From an uncultured delta proteobacterium (GTDB taxonomy: Bacteria > Desulfobacterota > Desulfobaccia > Desulfobaccales > 0-14-0-80-60-11), in assembly GCA_963812015.1 (NCBI GenBank), contig CAWETI010000003.1, positions 32,001 to 96,000 of the forward strand: DNA of 64,000 nucleotides. The letters run 5' to 3'. Under the pieces are notes generated by a model. It made no database searches. It was not told the origin of the DNA and saw only the letters and a list, made by a program, of their open reading frames with translations. Numbering within the stretch: position 1 is the stretch's first letter; each line of letters starts with the position of its first letter. Below are positions 10,920 to 20,965 of this stretch, piece by piece. A program made the translations under genes and the position numbers.

Positions 10920-11005
10920 TTGAGGGGAGAGCCGGGGGAAGGCAATTCCCCCGCCCTCCCCTCAAACTCCCCTCCCAACCCCCTGTAAGGGGTTGGGGAT
11001 GGGGG
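10920..11005. repeat. REP-like element, family C (inverted copy at 12603-12688)
   Basis: ttgaggggag..gggaa..caattcccccgccctcccctcaaactcccctccca..aaggggttgggg shared in opposite orientation. Confidence 0.8.
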
Positions 11006-11071
11006 TCTGGGGGAAGGGGTAGGGGCCGTGGGCCCCTAGCCCCTTCCCCCAGCACAACCCTACCACAACTT

Positions 11072-12391
11072 TTACCCGGCGGCCAGGCGTTTGAGGCGGG
11101 TGTAGCGGTCCCAGGAGAACTGGGGCCAGCAGGGGAACAGGGAGTTGTTATGGTACAGGGGGTCGGCGCTCAGGTCGTAGCGGGAGCAGGCCAGCGCCCG
11201 GGGCCACAGGGCGGTGCCGGGGATGGGAGAGTACGAGGCCAGGACCGGGGTGGCTCCCAGTTCCTTGACCCTGCGGATGGAGGCGGCCACCTCCGCCTCC
11301 TCCTGGTCCGGGAGGCCGATGAGGAGGTAGACCCCGATCTCTGCCGGGGAAAACCCGGCTTGCCCCAGGTGGGCCAGGGCGGCCTCCAACTCGCCCGCCT
11401 GGAGTTTGGCGTCCAGGCGGGCCGCGCCCAGGGCGGTGGTTTCCACCCCCAGGCGCAGGGTGGCAAAATTGGCCCGTTTGAGCCAGGAGGCCACCTCCCG
11501 GGTGATGAGGCGGGCATGGAGGCCGTTGGGGGTATGGAACCGGAAGGTACGGCCGCGCCGTTCCAGTTCCTCCAGGATCACCAGCAGGTGGTCTGCCGCC
11601 CCTAGCAACAGGGCGTCGTCATAGAAGGCCGCGTCCCTGAGGCCCAATTGATCCTGCCAGTGGCACAATTCTTCCACTACGGCCCGGGGCTGCCGTCGCC
11701 GATACGCGGGTTGCAGCAGGCGGGAGGCGCAGTAAGCGCAATCCAGGGGGCAGCCCCGGGAGGTGAGGACGGGGATATAAGAAGGGTAGTCCAGGAGATG
11801 GAGGGCCGGATAGGGCAGGGAGTCCAAATCCTCCGGGGCTGGGAGGTCCGGCCCGGGCGGGGGAAAACCGGTAACCTCCTCCAGGACGCCCCGGATGGTT
11901 CCTTCCCCCGGCCCGGTAACCACCCGGTGGGCGCCGCTGTGCTCTTTGGCGTGCTCCCGGCACAGGCTGGCGTAGATCCCTCCCAGGATGACCGGCGCCC
12001 CCGGGAAGTGCTCCCGGGCCAGGCCGATGGCCGCGGCCACCCCGGGGTACCAGTAAGTCATGAGGGAGGTCACCAGGATGGCCGCGGGCCGGGGGATGTT
12101 GGCCAAACGGGCCCGAAACGCCGCTTCGCTGATGCCATAACGTCCGTAGCGCCGGGTGATCCCCGCAAGGGCCGGGGGTGGCGGCATGATCTCCTTGGGG
12201 TAGCGGCCGGTGCCGAAGGGGCCGGACCGGGCGTGGGGCGTGTCCAGGCAATCCAGCCAATGGACCGCATAGCCCTGAGCCTCCAACAACCCCGCCAGAG
12301 AAAGCAACCCCAGGGGCCGGGCGAAAAAATCGTAGGCCGCGAAATCATCGATCCAGGGGTTGATCAGGAGGAGGGGGCCGGACTTGGGCAA
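11072..12391 (-). CDS. B12-binding domain radical SAM protein
   Basis: LLINPWIDDFAAYD..PLGLL, LGGIYAS, SRGCPLDCAYC (CxxxCxxC). Confidence 0.92.
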   Translation of the reverse strand: MPKSGPLLLINPWIDDFAAYDFFARPLGLLSLAGLLEAQGYAVHWLDCLDTPHARSGPFGTGRYPKEIMPPPPALAGITRRYGRYGISEAAFRARLANIPRPAAILVTSLMTYWYPGVAAAIGLAREHFPGAPVILGGIYASLCREHAKEHSGAHRVVTGPGEGTIRGVLEEVTGFPPPGPDLPAPEDLDSLPYPALHLLDYPSYIPVLTSRGCPLDCAYCASRLLQPAYRRRQPRAVVEELCHWQDQLGLRDAAFYDDALLLGAADHLLVILEELERRGRTFRFHTPNGLHARLITREVASWLKRANFATLRLGVETTALGAARLDAKLQAGELEAALAHLGQAGFSPAEIGVYLLIGLPDQEEAEVAASIRRVKELGATPVLASYSPIPGTALWPRALACSRYDLSADPLYHNNSLFPCWPQFSWDRYTRLKRLAAG

Positions 12392-12426
12392 AAGAAACGA
12401 CCTCTTATAATTCGGAGCGGAAAAGG

Positions 12427-12480
12427 GATTACTTCCCCCTCACCCTGACCCTCTCCCCCATTGGGGGAGAGGGGATAAAG
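12427..12480. repeat. Intact REP, family A (empty IS110 target site)
   Basis: ccccctcaccctgaccCTctcccccattgggggagagggg; same sequence as the REP split by IS110. Confidence 0.88.
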
Positions 12481-12602
12481 ATGTAGCTCCTTTTATGCTC
12501 CATTAATAAGTCGAACCGCAACTTGTGGAACCCAGGGAGATCCTTTGGCAAAAGGCACCTGGGACTTTTTCGTAAGAGGGCCTCACCCCCCCCTCCCAAA
12601 CC

Positions 12603-12688
12603 CTCTCCCCCAACCCCTTATAGGGGTATGGGAGGGGAGTTTGAGGGGAGGGCGGGGGAATTGACTTCCCCCGGCCCTCCCCTCAAAA
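12603..12688. repeat. REP-like element, family C
   Basis: Reverse complement of 10920-11005 with few mismatches. Confidence 0.8.
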
Positions 12689-12701
12689 TACGTTTTTCAC
12701 C

Positions 12702-14183
12702 TTAAAGTCCCCGCACCCGGCGGAGGATTTCCCAGATGCGGCTTGTGTCGGCGTTGGCGGGGGTCACCGTAATTTCCAGCCTTTCCCGGCTGGCCGGAAG
12801 GAGCTTCACCGGGTCGGCGACCCTGACGCCCGCCAGCCAGACAATCTCCCCGGCGGCGGCCACCAGGGGCAGGTGGGGCCTGAGCCAGCGGGGAATTTTC
12901 GCATCCACCAGAAAATCCTGGAGTTTTTTTGGGCCCGGGGCGCCCTGGGGCCAGAAGCGGTCTCCGGGCTCCCAGAAGCGCGCCATAAGGGGCAGGGTGA
13001 GCCGGTCCGGGTCCAGCCAGGCTACCTCCGGGGGCGGCCAGGGGTCGTCGGCCCGGCAGGCGCGCCGAGTAAGCCGCCAGCGCCAGCCGGCGGGAGACTC
13101 CACCTCTCCCGGGCAGTCCGGCAGGAAAGTGGCCTCCCGGGGCGGCGCCGGCAGGGCTTTCATAAGGTGCAACCTTGAGCCCGCCCGGGCCACCTGGACA
13201 TTTTCCCCCTTTTCCCCCAGGGATATAAGGCCGCCGCTTCTCTCACTCCGGGCCAGATTCACCAGGGACGCCACCTGGGCGGCGGTGAGGCTCACCTCCC
13301 CACCGACTTCGGCCACCCCCAACCTGAGCACCCGCCTCTGCAAACCCGGCTCCAGGCTGAAAAACCGGTCCAGGTCCAGGGCAAAGCAGTCTCTCGCCAG
13401 TGGGTGGGCCAACCGGTCCCAGGCCGCATTCGCGTCCCGGGCCAGGAGACGCTCGTCCTCCTGGAGGAGGGTCTGGGTCCGCCAGATGGTCTGGGCCAGG
13501 CGAGGGTTATAGGATCGGGTCAGGTGGGGCAGGAGGTCAAGACGCACCCGGTTGCGCAGATAAGCCCGGCTCAGGTTGCTGGCGTCAACGCGGTAAGGCA
13601 GGGCCTCCTGCTCAAGCCAGGCCAGCAGCGGGGCCTTGCCAACCGCCAGGAGGGGCCGCACCAGCCCTCCGGGGGTGGCTGGCCACATGCCCTTCAACCC
13701 CTCCAGCCCTGCGCCCCGGAGCAGACGCAGCCAGAAAAGCTCCACCTGATCATCGGCGGTGTGACCCAGGGCCAACCGGGTATAGGCGTGACGGCGGCGG
13801 GTGTCCTGGAGAAACTGGAGCCGCAGCTTTCGGGCCGCCATCTGGAGAGAGACCTTGTCCCGGTGGGCCGCGGCTTTCACCTCGCCCCGCCCCAGATGGC
13901 AAGGGAGGTCCAGGCTCCGGGCCAGATCGGCGACAAAGTCAACGTCGCCCCGGGAGTCTGCTCCCCTGAGGCCGTGGTCGTAGTGCGCCAGGCCCAGGTC
14001 CAGCTCCAGCCTCGGGCGCAGCCGCACCAGGAGGTGGAGGAGGGCCACCGAATCCGGGCCGCCGGAGACTGCCACCAGGACCCGGTCGCCGGGGGTGAAC
14101 AGGCGCTCCCGGCGGGCATAGGCAAGCACCCACTCCGGAAGATCTCCGGCCGCGGCGGGATCTTCAAGAAAGGCGGGGCTCAC
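12702..14183 (-). CDS. tilS: tRNA(Ile)-lysidine synthetase
   Basis: VAVSGGPDSVAL, HYDHGLRG, GHTADDQ, RNRVR, C-terminal KKLQDFLVDAKIP; GTG start overlaps the upstream TGA (GTGA). Confidence 0.93.
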   Translation of the reverse strand: MSPAFLEDPAAAGDLPEWVLAYARRERLFTPGDRVLVAVSGGPDSVALLHLLVRLRPRLELDLGLAHYDHGLRGADSRGDVDFVADLARSLDLPCHLGRGEVKAAAHRDKVSLQMAARKLRLQFLQDTRRRHAYTRLALGHTADDQVELFWLRLLRGAGLEGLKGMWPATPGGLVRPLLAVGKAPLLAWLEQEALPYRVDASNLSRAYLRNRVRLDLLPHLTRSYNPRLAQTIWRTQTLLQEDERLLARDANAAWDRLAHPLARDCFALDLDRFFSLEPGLQRRVLRLGVAEVGGEVSLTAAQVASLVNLARSERSGGLISLGEKGENVQVARAGSRLHLMKALPAPPREATFLPDCPGEVESPAGWRWRLTRRACRADDPWPPPEVAWLDPDRLTLPLMARFWEPGDRFWPQGAPGPKKLQDFLVDAKIPRWLRPHLPLVAAAGEIVWLAGVRVADPVKLLPASRERLEITVTPANADTSRIWEILRRVRGL

Positions 14184-14596
14184 GGAGGCGGGGCCGGACA
14201 AAGCTGGGCGATCACCTCCAGGATGGCGTCTTTGGAAAACGGCTTGGCCAGGAATCGGTCCACCACGGCCTCGTTTTCGGTAAGTTCGGCCAGGTTGGGA
14301 AGCTCGGAGGAAATCATGACGATGCGGCAATCCGGCTGGAAGCGTTTCAAGCGCCGGGCCACCTCCAGGCCGTTGAGGTGGGGGAGGTGATAATCCAAGA
14401 CGGCCACCTGATAAGGCTCGGGGAAATGATCGGCTGCCAATTCCCGGTCAAACCTCTCGAGGGTCGTGACCTGGTAACCGGCCCGGCGCAGTATGGACAC
14501 CAGGGCTTCCCGGGTCCAGCGGTCGTCATCGATTACCAAAATCCAGGGGCTCGGATCCACTGCGGCCTCCCATCGACCTGCCGCGTCCAGGTGCAC
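14180..14596 (-). CDS. Single-domain response regulator
   Basis: ILVIDDD, VLDYHLPHLNG, FLAKPF; start uncertain. Confidence 0.88.
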   Translation of the reverse strand: MHLDAAGRWEAAVDPSPWILVIDDDRWTREALVSILRRAGYQVTTLERFDRELAADHFPEPYQVAVLDYHLPHLNGLEVARRLKRFQPDCRIVMISSELPNLAELTENEAVVDRFLAKPFSKDAILEVIAQLCPAPPP

Positions 14597-14738
14597 GTTA
14601 AAGGTTGACCATCCTCCCGTCAGGGAGCCCGGTGCCAGATTTGGGGGGGAAAACGCCTCAGAATTGTTTAATTAATTGTATCTGACGCATTCCCGTTTGC
14701 GCAAGTCCGAGATTTGAGGTTTTCGGAGCACCCCGGCA

Positions 14739-16529
14739 TTAGGCCTGTAACTCGGGCGCATCCTCATCTTTCGGGGCGGCGGGCAAGGCCAGATGAAAGG
14801 CGGCTCCTTGCCCCCCGCTGCTCTCCACCCAGATCCGGCCTTGATTGGCCTCCACCAGGGTCTTGCAGATATAGAGCCCTAAACCCGACCCGTCATGTTT
14901 GCTACTGGAAAGGCGGTATTTTTCGAAGAGGTGCTCCTGCTCCTCGGGGCTCAGGCCGGAACCCGTATCCGCCACGATGATTTCCACTTCCCCCCGGTCG
15001 GCCCCGGGGCGGGCTTTCACCTCAATTGCGCCACCCGGTGGCGTTGCGGCCAGGGCGTTGACCAGAAGATTGGCCAGGACGCGATCCAGGGAAGGCTCAT
15101 CTACCATGATGGGGGGAAGGTCCGGCGGCGGCGGCGGGGCCACCAGATTGACCCCCTGGTGTTGGGTCAGCGCCCCAAAGTGATGGATCAGGCGTTGGAT
15201 CATAAAGCCCGGGGGCACCGGCTCCGGCCTCAGGGCGAGACGCCCGGATTCAAACCGGCTCAAATCCAGCACATTATGGAGGTGCAGCAGGAGGCCTTCG
15301 CTCCGTTGGATGATGCCTTGCAATTTGTGATGGATTTCGGGGGGGAGGGTTTCATCCTCCAGGGCCTCGATGGTCAGGCGCACCCCGGTGAGGGGCGCCT
15401 TGATATCGTGGACGATCATGGCGAGAAAATCGGCGTTGGCCGCGACTCGGTCCCGCTCTTCCTGGAGCAGCAGGGTCTTGTCCCGCAGGGCCCGGATCAT
15501 GGTGTTGAAGGACTCCGCCAGTTCCCCCAACTCGTCCCGGCTGGTCACCGGGATATCCCCGGCCAGTTCCTCCAGGGCGGCTTTCCGGGTGCCCTCGGCC
15601 AGGTGGGTGATCTGGCGGCGCATGCCGGAAGAGAGCCAGAAACTGAGCAGCCCGCCGATGACCGCGGCGGCGCCCCCCACCCCGAAGATGACCAGCTTTA
15701 GGGTTAAGAGCGTGGGGTCCAGCTCCCGCCGATTGACCCCTACCACAATCAGGCTTTCCCAGGGTTGATCCCCTTCTTCCAGGGGAAGATAGGTGATGGT
15801 GTAGTCCTCATCCCCCAGCTGGAGTTGCTGGACCCGGTCAACCGGACCGGTGGCGCTGGCCGCCAGGTCGCGGTGGCGCAGCAACTGGTTCAGGGCGCTT
15901 TCCGGCAAGTCCTTAAAGGAATTGACCACCAGGCGTTTGCCATAGAACATGGCCACCTCGGCCCCGGGGCGAGACAGAGACTCCAGAAACCCCCGGTCGA
16001 TGAGGAGCCCGGTGAGGACCACCCCCACCACCTTGTCCTGGTACTGGATGGGAGCCGAGGCGCTCAGGGCGATGGAATCCTGCCAGTGGGTCATGCGGGA
16101 GGCTTCTTTGCCCTGGAGGCCGGCCCGCACCAGGGGATTGCTGGAAATATTGACACCCAAGGCCCCGGGATCGTGGGCCCGGACCTGGATAACCCCCTGG
16201 TAGTCGGTAATGGTGAGGATGTTGAGGCCGGTGGCCTTCATCATGGGGGTTACCAGGCTCCGGAGCGCCTCCACGTTGCCGCTGGCCAGCAGTTCCCCGT
16301 AGGTGGGGTTGTCGGCCAGGAGGCTGGCCGCCTGTTCCACCCGTTGAATCTTGCCCCGGTATTCGGCCAGCACCAGCCGGGTCACCAGTTCCACCCGCTG
16401 GCGGTGCCATTCCAGGATCTGCCGGGTGGCCAGGTATTGGATCACCAGGAGCAAACCCACCAGGGCCACCAACAGGGAGAGCAGGGTGACCCCCAACAGC
16501 TTGCTGCCGACTTTACTTCGCCGCCACAT
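14739..16529 (-). CDS. Membrane sensor histidine kinase (Cache-like, HAMP, HisKA, HATPase)
   Basis: Two TM helices, DELGELAESFN, HDIKAPLT, NLLVNA, DTGSG, GSGLGL. Confidence 0.92.
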   Translation of the reverse strand: MWRRSKVGSKLLGVTLLSLLVALVGLLLVIQYLATRQILEWHRQRVELVTRLVLAEYRGKIQRVEQAASLLADNPTYGELLASGNVEALRSLVTPMMKATGLNILTITDYQGVIQVRAHDPGALGVNISSNPLVRAGLQGKEASRMTHWQDSIALSASAPIQYQDKVVGVVLTGLLIDRGFLESLSRPGAEVAMFYGKRLVVNSFKDLPESALNQLLRHRDLAASATGPVDRVQQLQLGDEDYTITYLPLEEGDQPWESLIVVGVNRRELDPTLLTLKLVIFGVGGAAAVIGGLLSFWLSSGMRRQITHLAEGTRKAALEELAGDIPVTSRDELGELAESFNTMIRALRDKTLLLQEERDRVAANADFLAMIVHDIKAPLTGVRLTIEALEDETLPPEIHHKLQGIIQRSEGLLLHLHNVLDLSRFESGRLALRPEPVPPGFMIQRLIHHFGALTQHQGVNLVAPPPPPDLPPIMVDEPSLDRVLANLLVNALAATPPGGAIEVKARPGADRGEVEIIVADTGSGLSPEEQEHLFEKYRLSSSKHDGSGLGLYICKTLVEANQGRIWVESSGGQGAAFHLALPAAPKDEDAPELQA

Positions 16530-16643
16530 GGGAGAAATAATAGCATATTCCAGAGGATAGGGAAATGGGGGGAGGGGGTCGGGGTAAGGGGGGCACTATA
16601 TAACGTTACGGTATCTATAAAAAACGGCACTTAGGGAGGCGGT

Positions 16644-17417
16644 TTATCCTGGAGGCGAGGCGCGAACCACCCCTAAATTCTCAAGCTCGGCGGTGTAGGA
16701 GGACAGCAGCCCGGCCACCGCCCGGGGCTTATCTTCATCGGCCAGGGGCATGACCCGGCGGATCCGGCCGGCGTCATAGACCACCACGGTTTGAGCCAGG
16801 GCGGCCACGTCTTCCGGGTCGTGGGTGATCAAAATCACCGGGATCGCAAACCGCTCCTGTACCCTGAGAAGTTCCTGGCGCATCTTGGCTCGCAGCAGGG
16901 CGTCCAGGGCTGAAAAGGGCTCATCCAGGAGCAGCAGGCTGGGGCGGCGGATGAGGGCCCGGGCCAGGGCCACCCGCTGGCGCTGGCCTCCGGAAAGGTC
17001 CCGGGGCAGGCTATGCCTGAGATTAGTGAGTTCAAAGATTCCCAAAAACTCGGCGACGCGACGCCGATCTTCCGGGCCCGGCCCCCACGGCCATCGGCTC
17101 GGCAACCCGAAACCGACGTTGTCGGCGACGCTCAAGTGCGGGAACAGGGCATAATCCTGGGGCACATAACCGATGGCGCGGCGCCGGGCCGGGACATTGA
17201 CGTTCTTTTCTTTATCAAAAAGGACCAGGTCGCCGACTATGATCCGGCCCGCGTCCGGCGTCAGCACTCCCGCCAGAAGCTGTAACGTCAGGGTCTTGCC
17301 CGAGCCGGAGGGACCGAAGAGCACCAGGCGCTCACTTTCGGCGACAAAATCGACTTCCAGGGCAAACACCCGTCCCTGGGAAGTCAACCGCTTTTTAACC
17401 TCAACTCGGATAAGCAT
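16644..17417 (-). CDS. modC: Molybdate ABC transporter ATP-binding protein
   Basis: GPSGSGKT, LSGGQRQRVALARAL, LLLDEPF; in operon with modA and modB. Confidence 0.88.
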   Translation of the reverse strand: MLIRVEVKKRLTSQGRVFALEVDFVAESERLVLFGPSGSGKTLTLQLLAGVLTPDAGRIIVGDLVLFDKEKNVNVPARRRAIGYVPQDYALFPHLSVADNVGFGLPSRWPWGPGPEDRRRVAEFLGIFELTNLRHSLPRDLSGGQRQRVALARALIRRPSLLLLDEPFSALDALLRAKMRQELLRVQERFAIPVILITHDPEDVAALAQTVVVYDAGRIRRVMPLADEDKPRAVAGLLSSYTAELENLGVVRASPPG

Positions 17418-17487
17418 ATCAGGCCCGTTAAACCCTTAAAAAATTCCCCCGGCGATGACGTGCCGCAGTTTGATTCTGGGCCAACCG

Positions 17488-18273
17488 TCAAGGTTTGCCG
17501 AATCCGTATTTGCTGAGAACCGCTCCACTTTCAGGGGCAAACAGAAAATTCAGGAATTCTTGGGCCAGGGCTTGCTTCTGGCTGGCCGCCACCAGGGCCG
17601 CGGGATAGACAATGGGCTGATGCCCCTGGACCTCGGTCACTATTTTCACCTTTCCTTTGGCAATGGCCGCATCGGTGGAGTAGACCAGGCCCGCATCCAC
17701 CTCGCCCCGGCTGACATAGTCCAGCACCTGGCGCACCGACTCTGCGAGAATAAATTTGGGGGTCAATTTATCCCACAACCCCGCCTTTTCCAGGGCCTCT
17801 TTGGTATAGCGACCCGCCGGCACGCCGGCGGGATTGCCCACCGCCACCCTTTGGACCGCGGGTGAGAGCAGGTCTTTAGGGCCCGTGAGGGAAATCTTGG
17901 AGTCCTGGGGCACGATGAGCACCAGGGTATTGCTCACAAAATCCTTCCGGCTGGCCGGGACGATGAGCCCTTTCTCCTGGGCCTGGTTCATGGTCTTCTG
18001 GTCCGCCGCAGCAAAGACATCCACCGGGGCGCCTTGAGCGATTTGCTGGAGCAAGGGGCCGGAAGCGGCAAAATTGAAGATGACCTTGGTGCCGGGATGC
18101 TGCTGTTCGAAGCCCTTGCCGATTTCCGGAAAGGCGTTGGTCAAACTGGCGGCGGCGGAGACCGTCAACTCCTGGGCCCCCATGACCGGCGCCGGATGGA
18201 TCAGGGCCATTCCCCCAAGGGCCAAAAGCCCCAGGGCCATAATGCTAGGCCATTTCATAACCTCTCCTTGCAT
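17488..18273 (-). CDS. modA: Molybdate ABC transporter substrate-binding protein
   Basis: VSAAASL, NFAASG, GAPVDVFAAA, VPAGRY, VYSTDA. Confidence 0.93.
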   Translation of the reverse strand: MQGEVMKWPSIMALGLLALGGMALIHPAPVMGAQELTVSAAASLTNAFPEIGKGFEQQHPGTKVIFNFAASGPLLQQIAQGAPVDVFAAADQKTMNQAQEKGLIVPASRKDFVSNTLVLIVPQDSKISLTGPKDLLSPAVQRVAVGNPAGVPAGRYTKEALEKAGLWDKLTPKFILAESVRQVLDYVSRGEVDAGLVYSTDAAIAKGKVKIVTEVQGHQPIVYPAALVAASQKQALAQEFLNFLFAPESGAVLSKYGFGKP

Positions 18274-18280
18274 GATCGAA

Positions 18281-19006
18281 TTATTTGAGACTGACCTTTA
18301 AGATTTTGCCGGAGGTCACCAGGATCAAGATACAGGCGCCGGAAGTGAGCAGCACCAAAGCCATGGCCAAGGTATCATTCCCCGCCTGCACCGCATCGTA
18401 GATCGCCAGGGACAGGGTCTGGGTCTTGCCGGGCAGGTTGCCGGCCACCATGAGGGTGGCCCCGAACTCACCCATGCCCCGGGCAAAGGCCAACATGGTC
18501 CCGGCCAGGATGCCCCTCAGCGCCAGGGGCAGCGACACCCGCCGGAACACCGCCGCCTCCGACAACCCCAGGGTCCGGGCCACGTTTTCCAGGCTCCGGT
18601 CCACTTCTTCAAAGGCGGCCCGGGCCGACTTAAAAACCAAAGGGAAAGAGACCAGGGCCGAGGCCATGACCGCGCCCTGCCAGGTAAACATCAAGGTGAT
18701 GCCCCAGACCTCCTGGAGCCAGTGCCCCAGCCAGCCGTTCCGCCCCCACACCACGATGAGGTAATACCCCAAGACCGTGGGGGGCAGCACCAGGGGCAGG
18801 GTGCAGAAGGCGTCCAGCCACTCCCGGCCCCAAAACCGGGTCCGGGCCATCAGGAAGGCCAGGCTCACCCCGATACCAAAGGCCACCAGGGTCGCCACCC
18901 CGGCTACCTTTAAGGTCAGCCACAGGGGGGTCAGATCCACGCCGAGATTCACGCTGCCACCCGCTCCTTTATCGAAATTCTTTTCCCATAACAACGCAAG
19001 TCTCAT
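18281..19006 (-). CDS. modB: Molybdate ABC transporter permease (start probably further in, near VNLGVDL)
   Basis: LPLVLPPTVLGYYL, FARGMGEFGATLMVAGN. Confidence 0.93.
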   Translation of the reverse strand: MRLALLWEKNFDKGAGGSVNLGVDLTPLWLTLKVAGVATLVAFGIGVSLAFLMARTRFWGREWLDAFCTLPLVLPPTVLGYYLIVVWGRNGWLGHWLQEVWGITLMFTWQGAVMASALVSFPLVFKSARAAFEEVDRSLENVARTLGLSEAAVFRRVSLPLALRGILAGTMLAFARGMGEFGATLMVAGNLPGKTQTLSLAIYDAVQAGNDTLAMALVLLTSGACILILVTSGKILKVSLK

Positions 19007-19229
19007 ACCATGTATCGAGCTAAATGAGCAACTATCTATAATTATTTATAAAATAAGTATTACCCTTAATCCGGCAAGCCACTTGGTTGCTATTTATTAA
19101 CAATATCGTATAATTTTATATAAATCCCTCTTGAGAAATTTTCATTATTGTATATTATGGGGCCAGCAGGTTTCCCCGCCGGCGGCCGGCCCGGTAACTC
19201 CAGTAAAAATCAGGCCTGAGCTCGATGAA

Positions 19230-20855
19230 TTATTTGCCGAAGGGGCACTTGGGAAAGGTGCAGACCTTGCACTCCAGGCAGAGGGCCCCATGGCCCAGTT
19301 TCGCCAGGTCCCGCCGGCTGGGAAAGAGCCCCGCCAGCAGCCGGGGCAACAGGAGGTCAAAGCTGGTGGTTTTAAAATACAGGGCGCAGGCGGGTACGCC
19401 CATGACCTGGACCGGGCCGATCCGGGCCAACAGGGTCATGGCCCCCGGCAGGATGGGCGCCCCGTAGCTCAGGTCTGTGGCCCCCGCCTCCACCAGGCCC
19501 TGGCGGGTGACGTCATCCGGGTCCACGGACAGGCCCGCGGTGGTCACCAACAGGTCGATCCCCGCGGCCAACAGTTCCTGCACCCCCTGCCGGATGGCCC
19601 CCCGGTCGTCCGGCACGATCAGGGATTTGACCACCTGTCCCTCCAGTTTCTCCACCTTGGTGGTGATGATGGGGATGAACCGGTCCTCCACCAGGCCCAG
19701 AAAGACCTCGGTGCCGGTGACCAGGACCCCCGCCCGGGGCCGCCGCAGGGGCAGGACCTGAAACAACGGCCCCTCCTCCAACACCGTGAGGGCCTTCCGG
19801 AAGTCGGCCCGGGGCAGGAACAGGGGAATGGCCCGGGTCCCGGCCAGGGTCCGGCCCCGGGTCATGAGGGTGTGGCCGGCCCGGGAGGCGGCCACCACCC
19901 CCGGCGCCAGGTTGAACCGCTCCAGGCGCGCCTCATCCACCACCAGCAACCCGTCCTGGGCCGCCAGCAGGTTGACCTTGCCTTCCCGGGGGGGCTCGGT
20001 AAAGGTCACCCCGTCCCCGGCCATGGCCCGGGCAAAGGCCAGGGCGGCCTCGTCTTCGTGGACCCACTCCGGGCCGGGGCCGTCTTCGCTCATCACATAG
20101 AGGTGTCTCCGCCCCATCTGTTGCAAGCGGCAGAGGTCCCCCACCCCGATCGTCTGCCCTTTCTCAAAGCCCGGGCCTTTGCTGGTCCCGGGAATGATCA
20201 TGGTCATATCATGCAAGGCCCGACGCCCCACCGCCTGCTCCATCGGCACCACCTGCAGGGGCGGCGCCCCGGTCCCTTCGGCCTGGGCCTCCTCCAGGTA
20301 AGGGGAATCCCCCTGGCAGCCCCGGCAGATGCCCCCATCTTGGGCCGGATAGGCCTCCCGGCAGAGGGGGCAGAGGACTATGCGGCCCCGGCTGCGCTTG
20401 CCCAGAAACTGCGGGCGGATCCGGACCCGCTGCCAGCCCAGGATTTCCGGCCCGGCCTGGCGGATTTGCTCCAGCAGCCGGCCGGAGTCTTGGTCCTTTT
20501 TAGGGGTGAGTTTGAGATACCACGCATGAATCTCCGGCCAGTCGGCCGTCTTGGCGGGGTCCAGGAAGACCCGCACGCCTTCTCCCTGGTATTTATCGTA
20601 TAGGGTGAGGGCGAAGCGGCCCAGGTTGACCACCTTGAGCCAGCCGTTCCCCGTGGTGCACAGGGTGAGCAGTTGCACCGCGTCCGGGAGACAATTCCGG
20701 GTTTCGCAGACGGCGTCGAACAAAACTTCCGGCGGCAGGCGTCGCCGGGCGGCATCCACCATGATCCCGCCGATAACCACCCCGGGGGCGATATAGCCAT
20801 GGAAAGACTTGACCAGCTCCAAAAATTCATCAAAGGAATAGGTGCCGATATTCAT
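19230..20855 (-). CDS. FmdE-domain / Zn-finger / MoeA-like molybdopterin-binding fusion protein
   Basis: FHGYIAPG, CLPDAVQ..CTTGNG (FmdE); CPLCRE..CRGC; GLSVDPDDVT..PILPG (Moco synthesis domain); ATG at 20855. Confidence 0.85.
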   Translation of the reverse strand: MNIGTYSFDEFLELVKSFHGYIAPGVVIGGIMVDAARRRLPPEVLFDAVCETRNCLPDAVQLLTLCTTGNGWLKVVNLGRFALTLYDKYQGEGVRVFLDPAKTADWPEIHAWYLKLTPKKDQDSGRLLEQIRQAGPEILGWQRVRIRPQFLGKRSRGRIVLCPLCREAYPAQDGGICRGCQGDSPYLEEAQAEGTGAPPLQVVPMEQAVGRRALHDMTMIIPGTSKGPGFEKGQTIGVGDLCRLQQMGRRHLYVMSEDGPGPEWVHEDEAALAFARAMAGDGVTFTEPPREGKVNLLAAQDGLLVVDEARLERFNLAPGVVAASRAGHTLMTRGRTLAGTRAIPLFLPRADFRKALTVLEEGPLFQVLPLRRPRAGVLVTGTEVFLGLVEDRFIPIITTKVEKLEGQVVKSLIVPDDRGAIRQGVQELLAAGIDLLVTTAGLSVDPDDVTRQGLVEAGATDLSYGAPILPGAMTLLARIGPVQVMGVPACALYFKTTSFDLLLPRLLAGLFPSRRDLAKLGHGALCLECKVCTFPKCPFGK

Positions 20856-20965
20856 AATGTGAGCCGTGGGGGACTTTCTACTGAGACGTTCACCCCCACC
20901 CGGGGGAAGATGTGGGTGGGGGTGAGTAAAAGAGTCACGCCATCGTCGGTCGGGGACCGGGAGTT

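Noticed and set aside
16595..16634. ModE-like half site TATATAACG downstream of modC
   Set aside because: Better explained as a copy of the REP-associated arm seen at 4022-4053
19131..20603. 490-aa plus-strand ORF (likewise 55128-56741, 59757-61034, 29417-30391, 13404-14390)
   Set aside because: Antisense to well-supported genes; expected in GC-rich DNA
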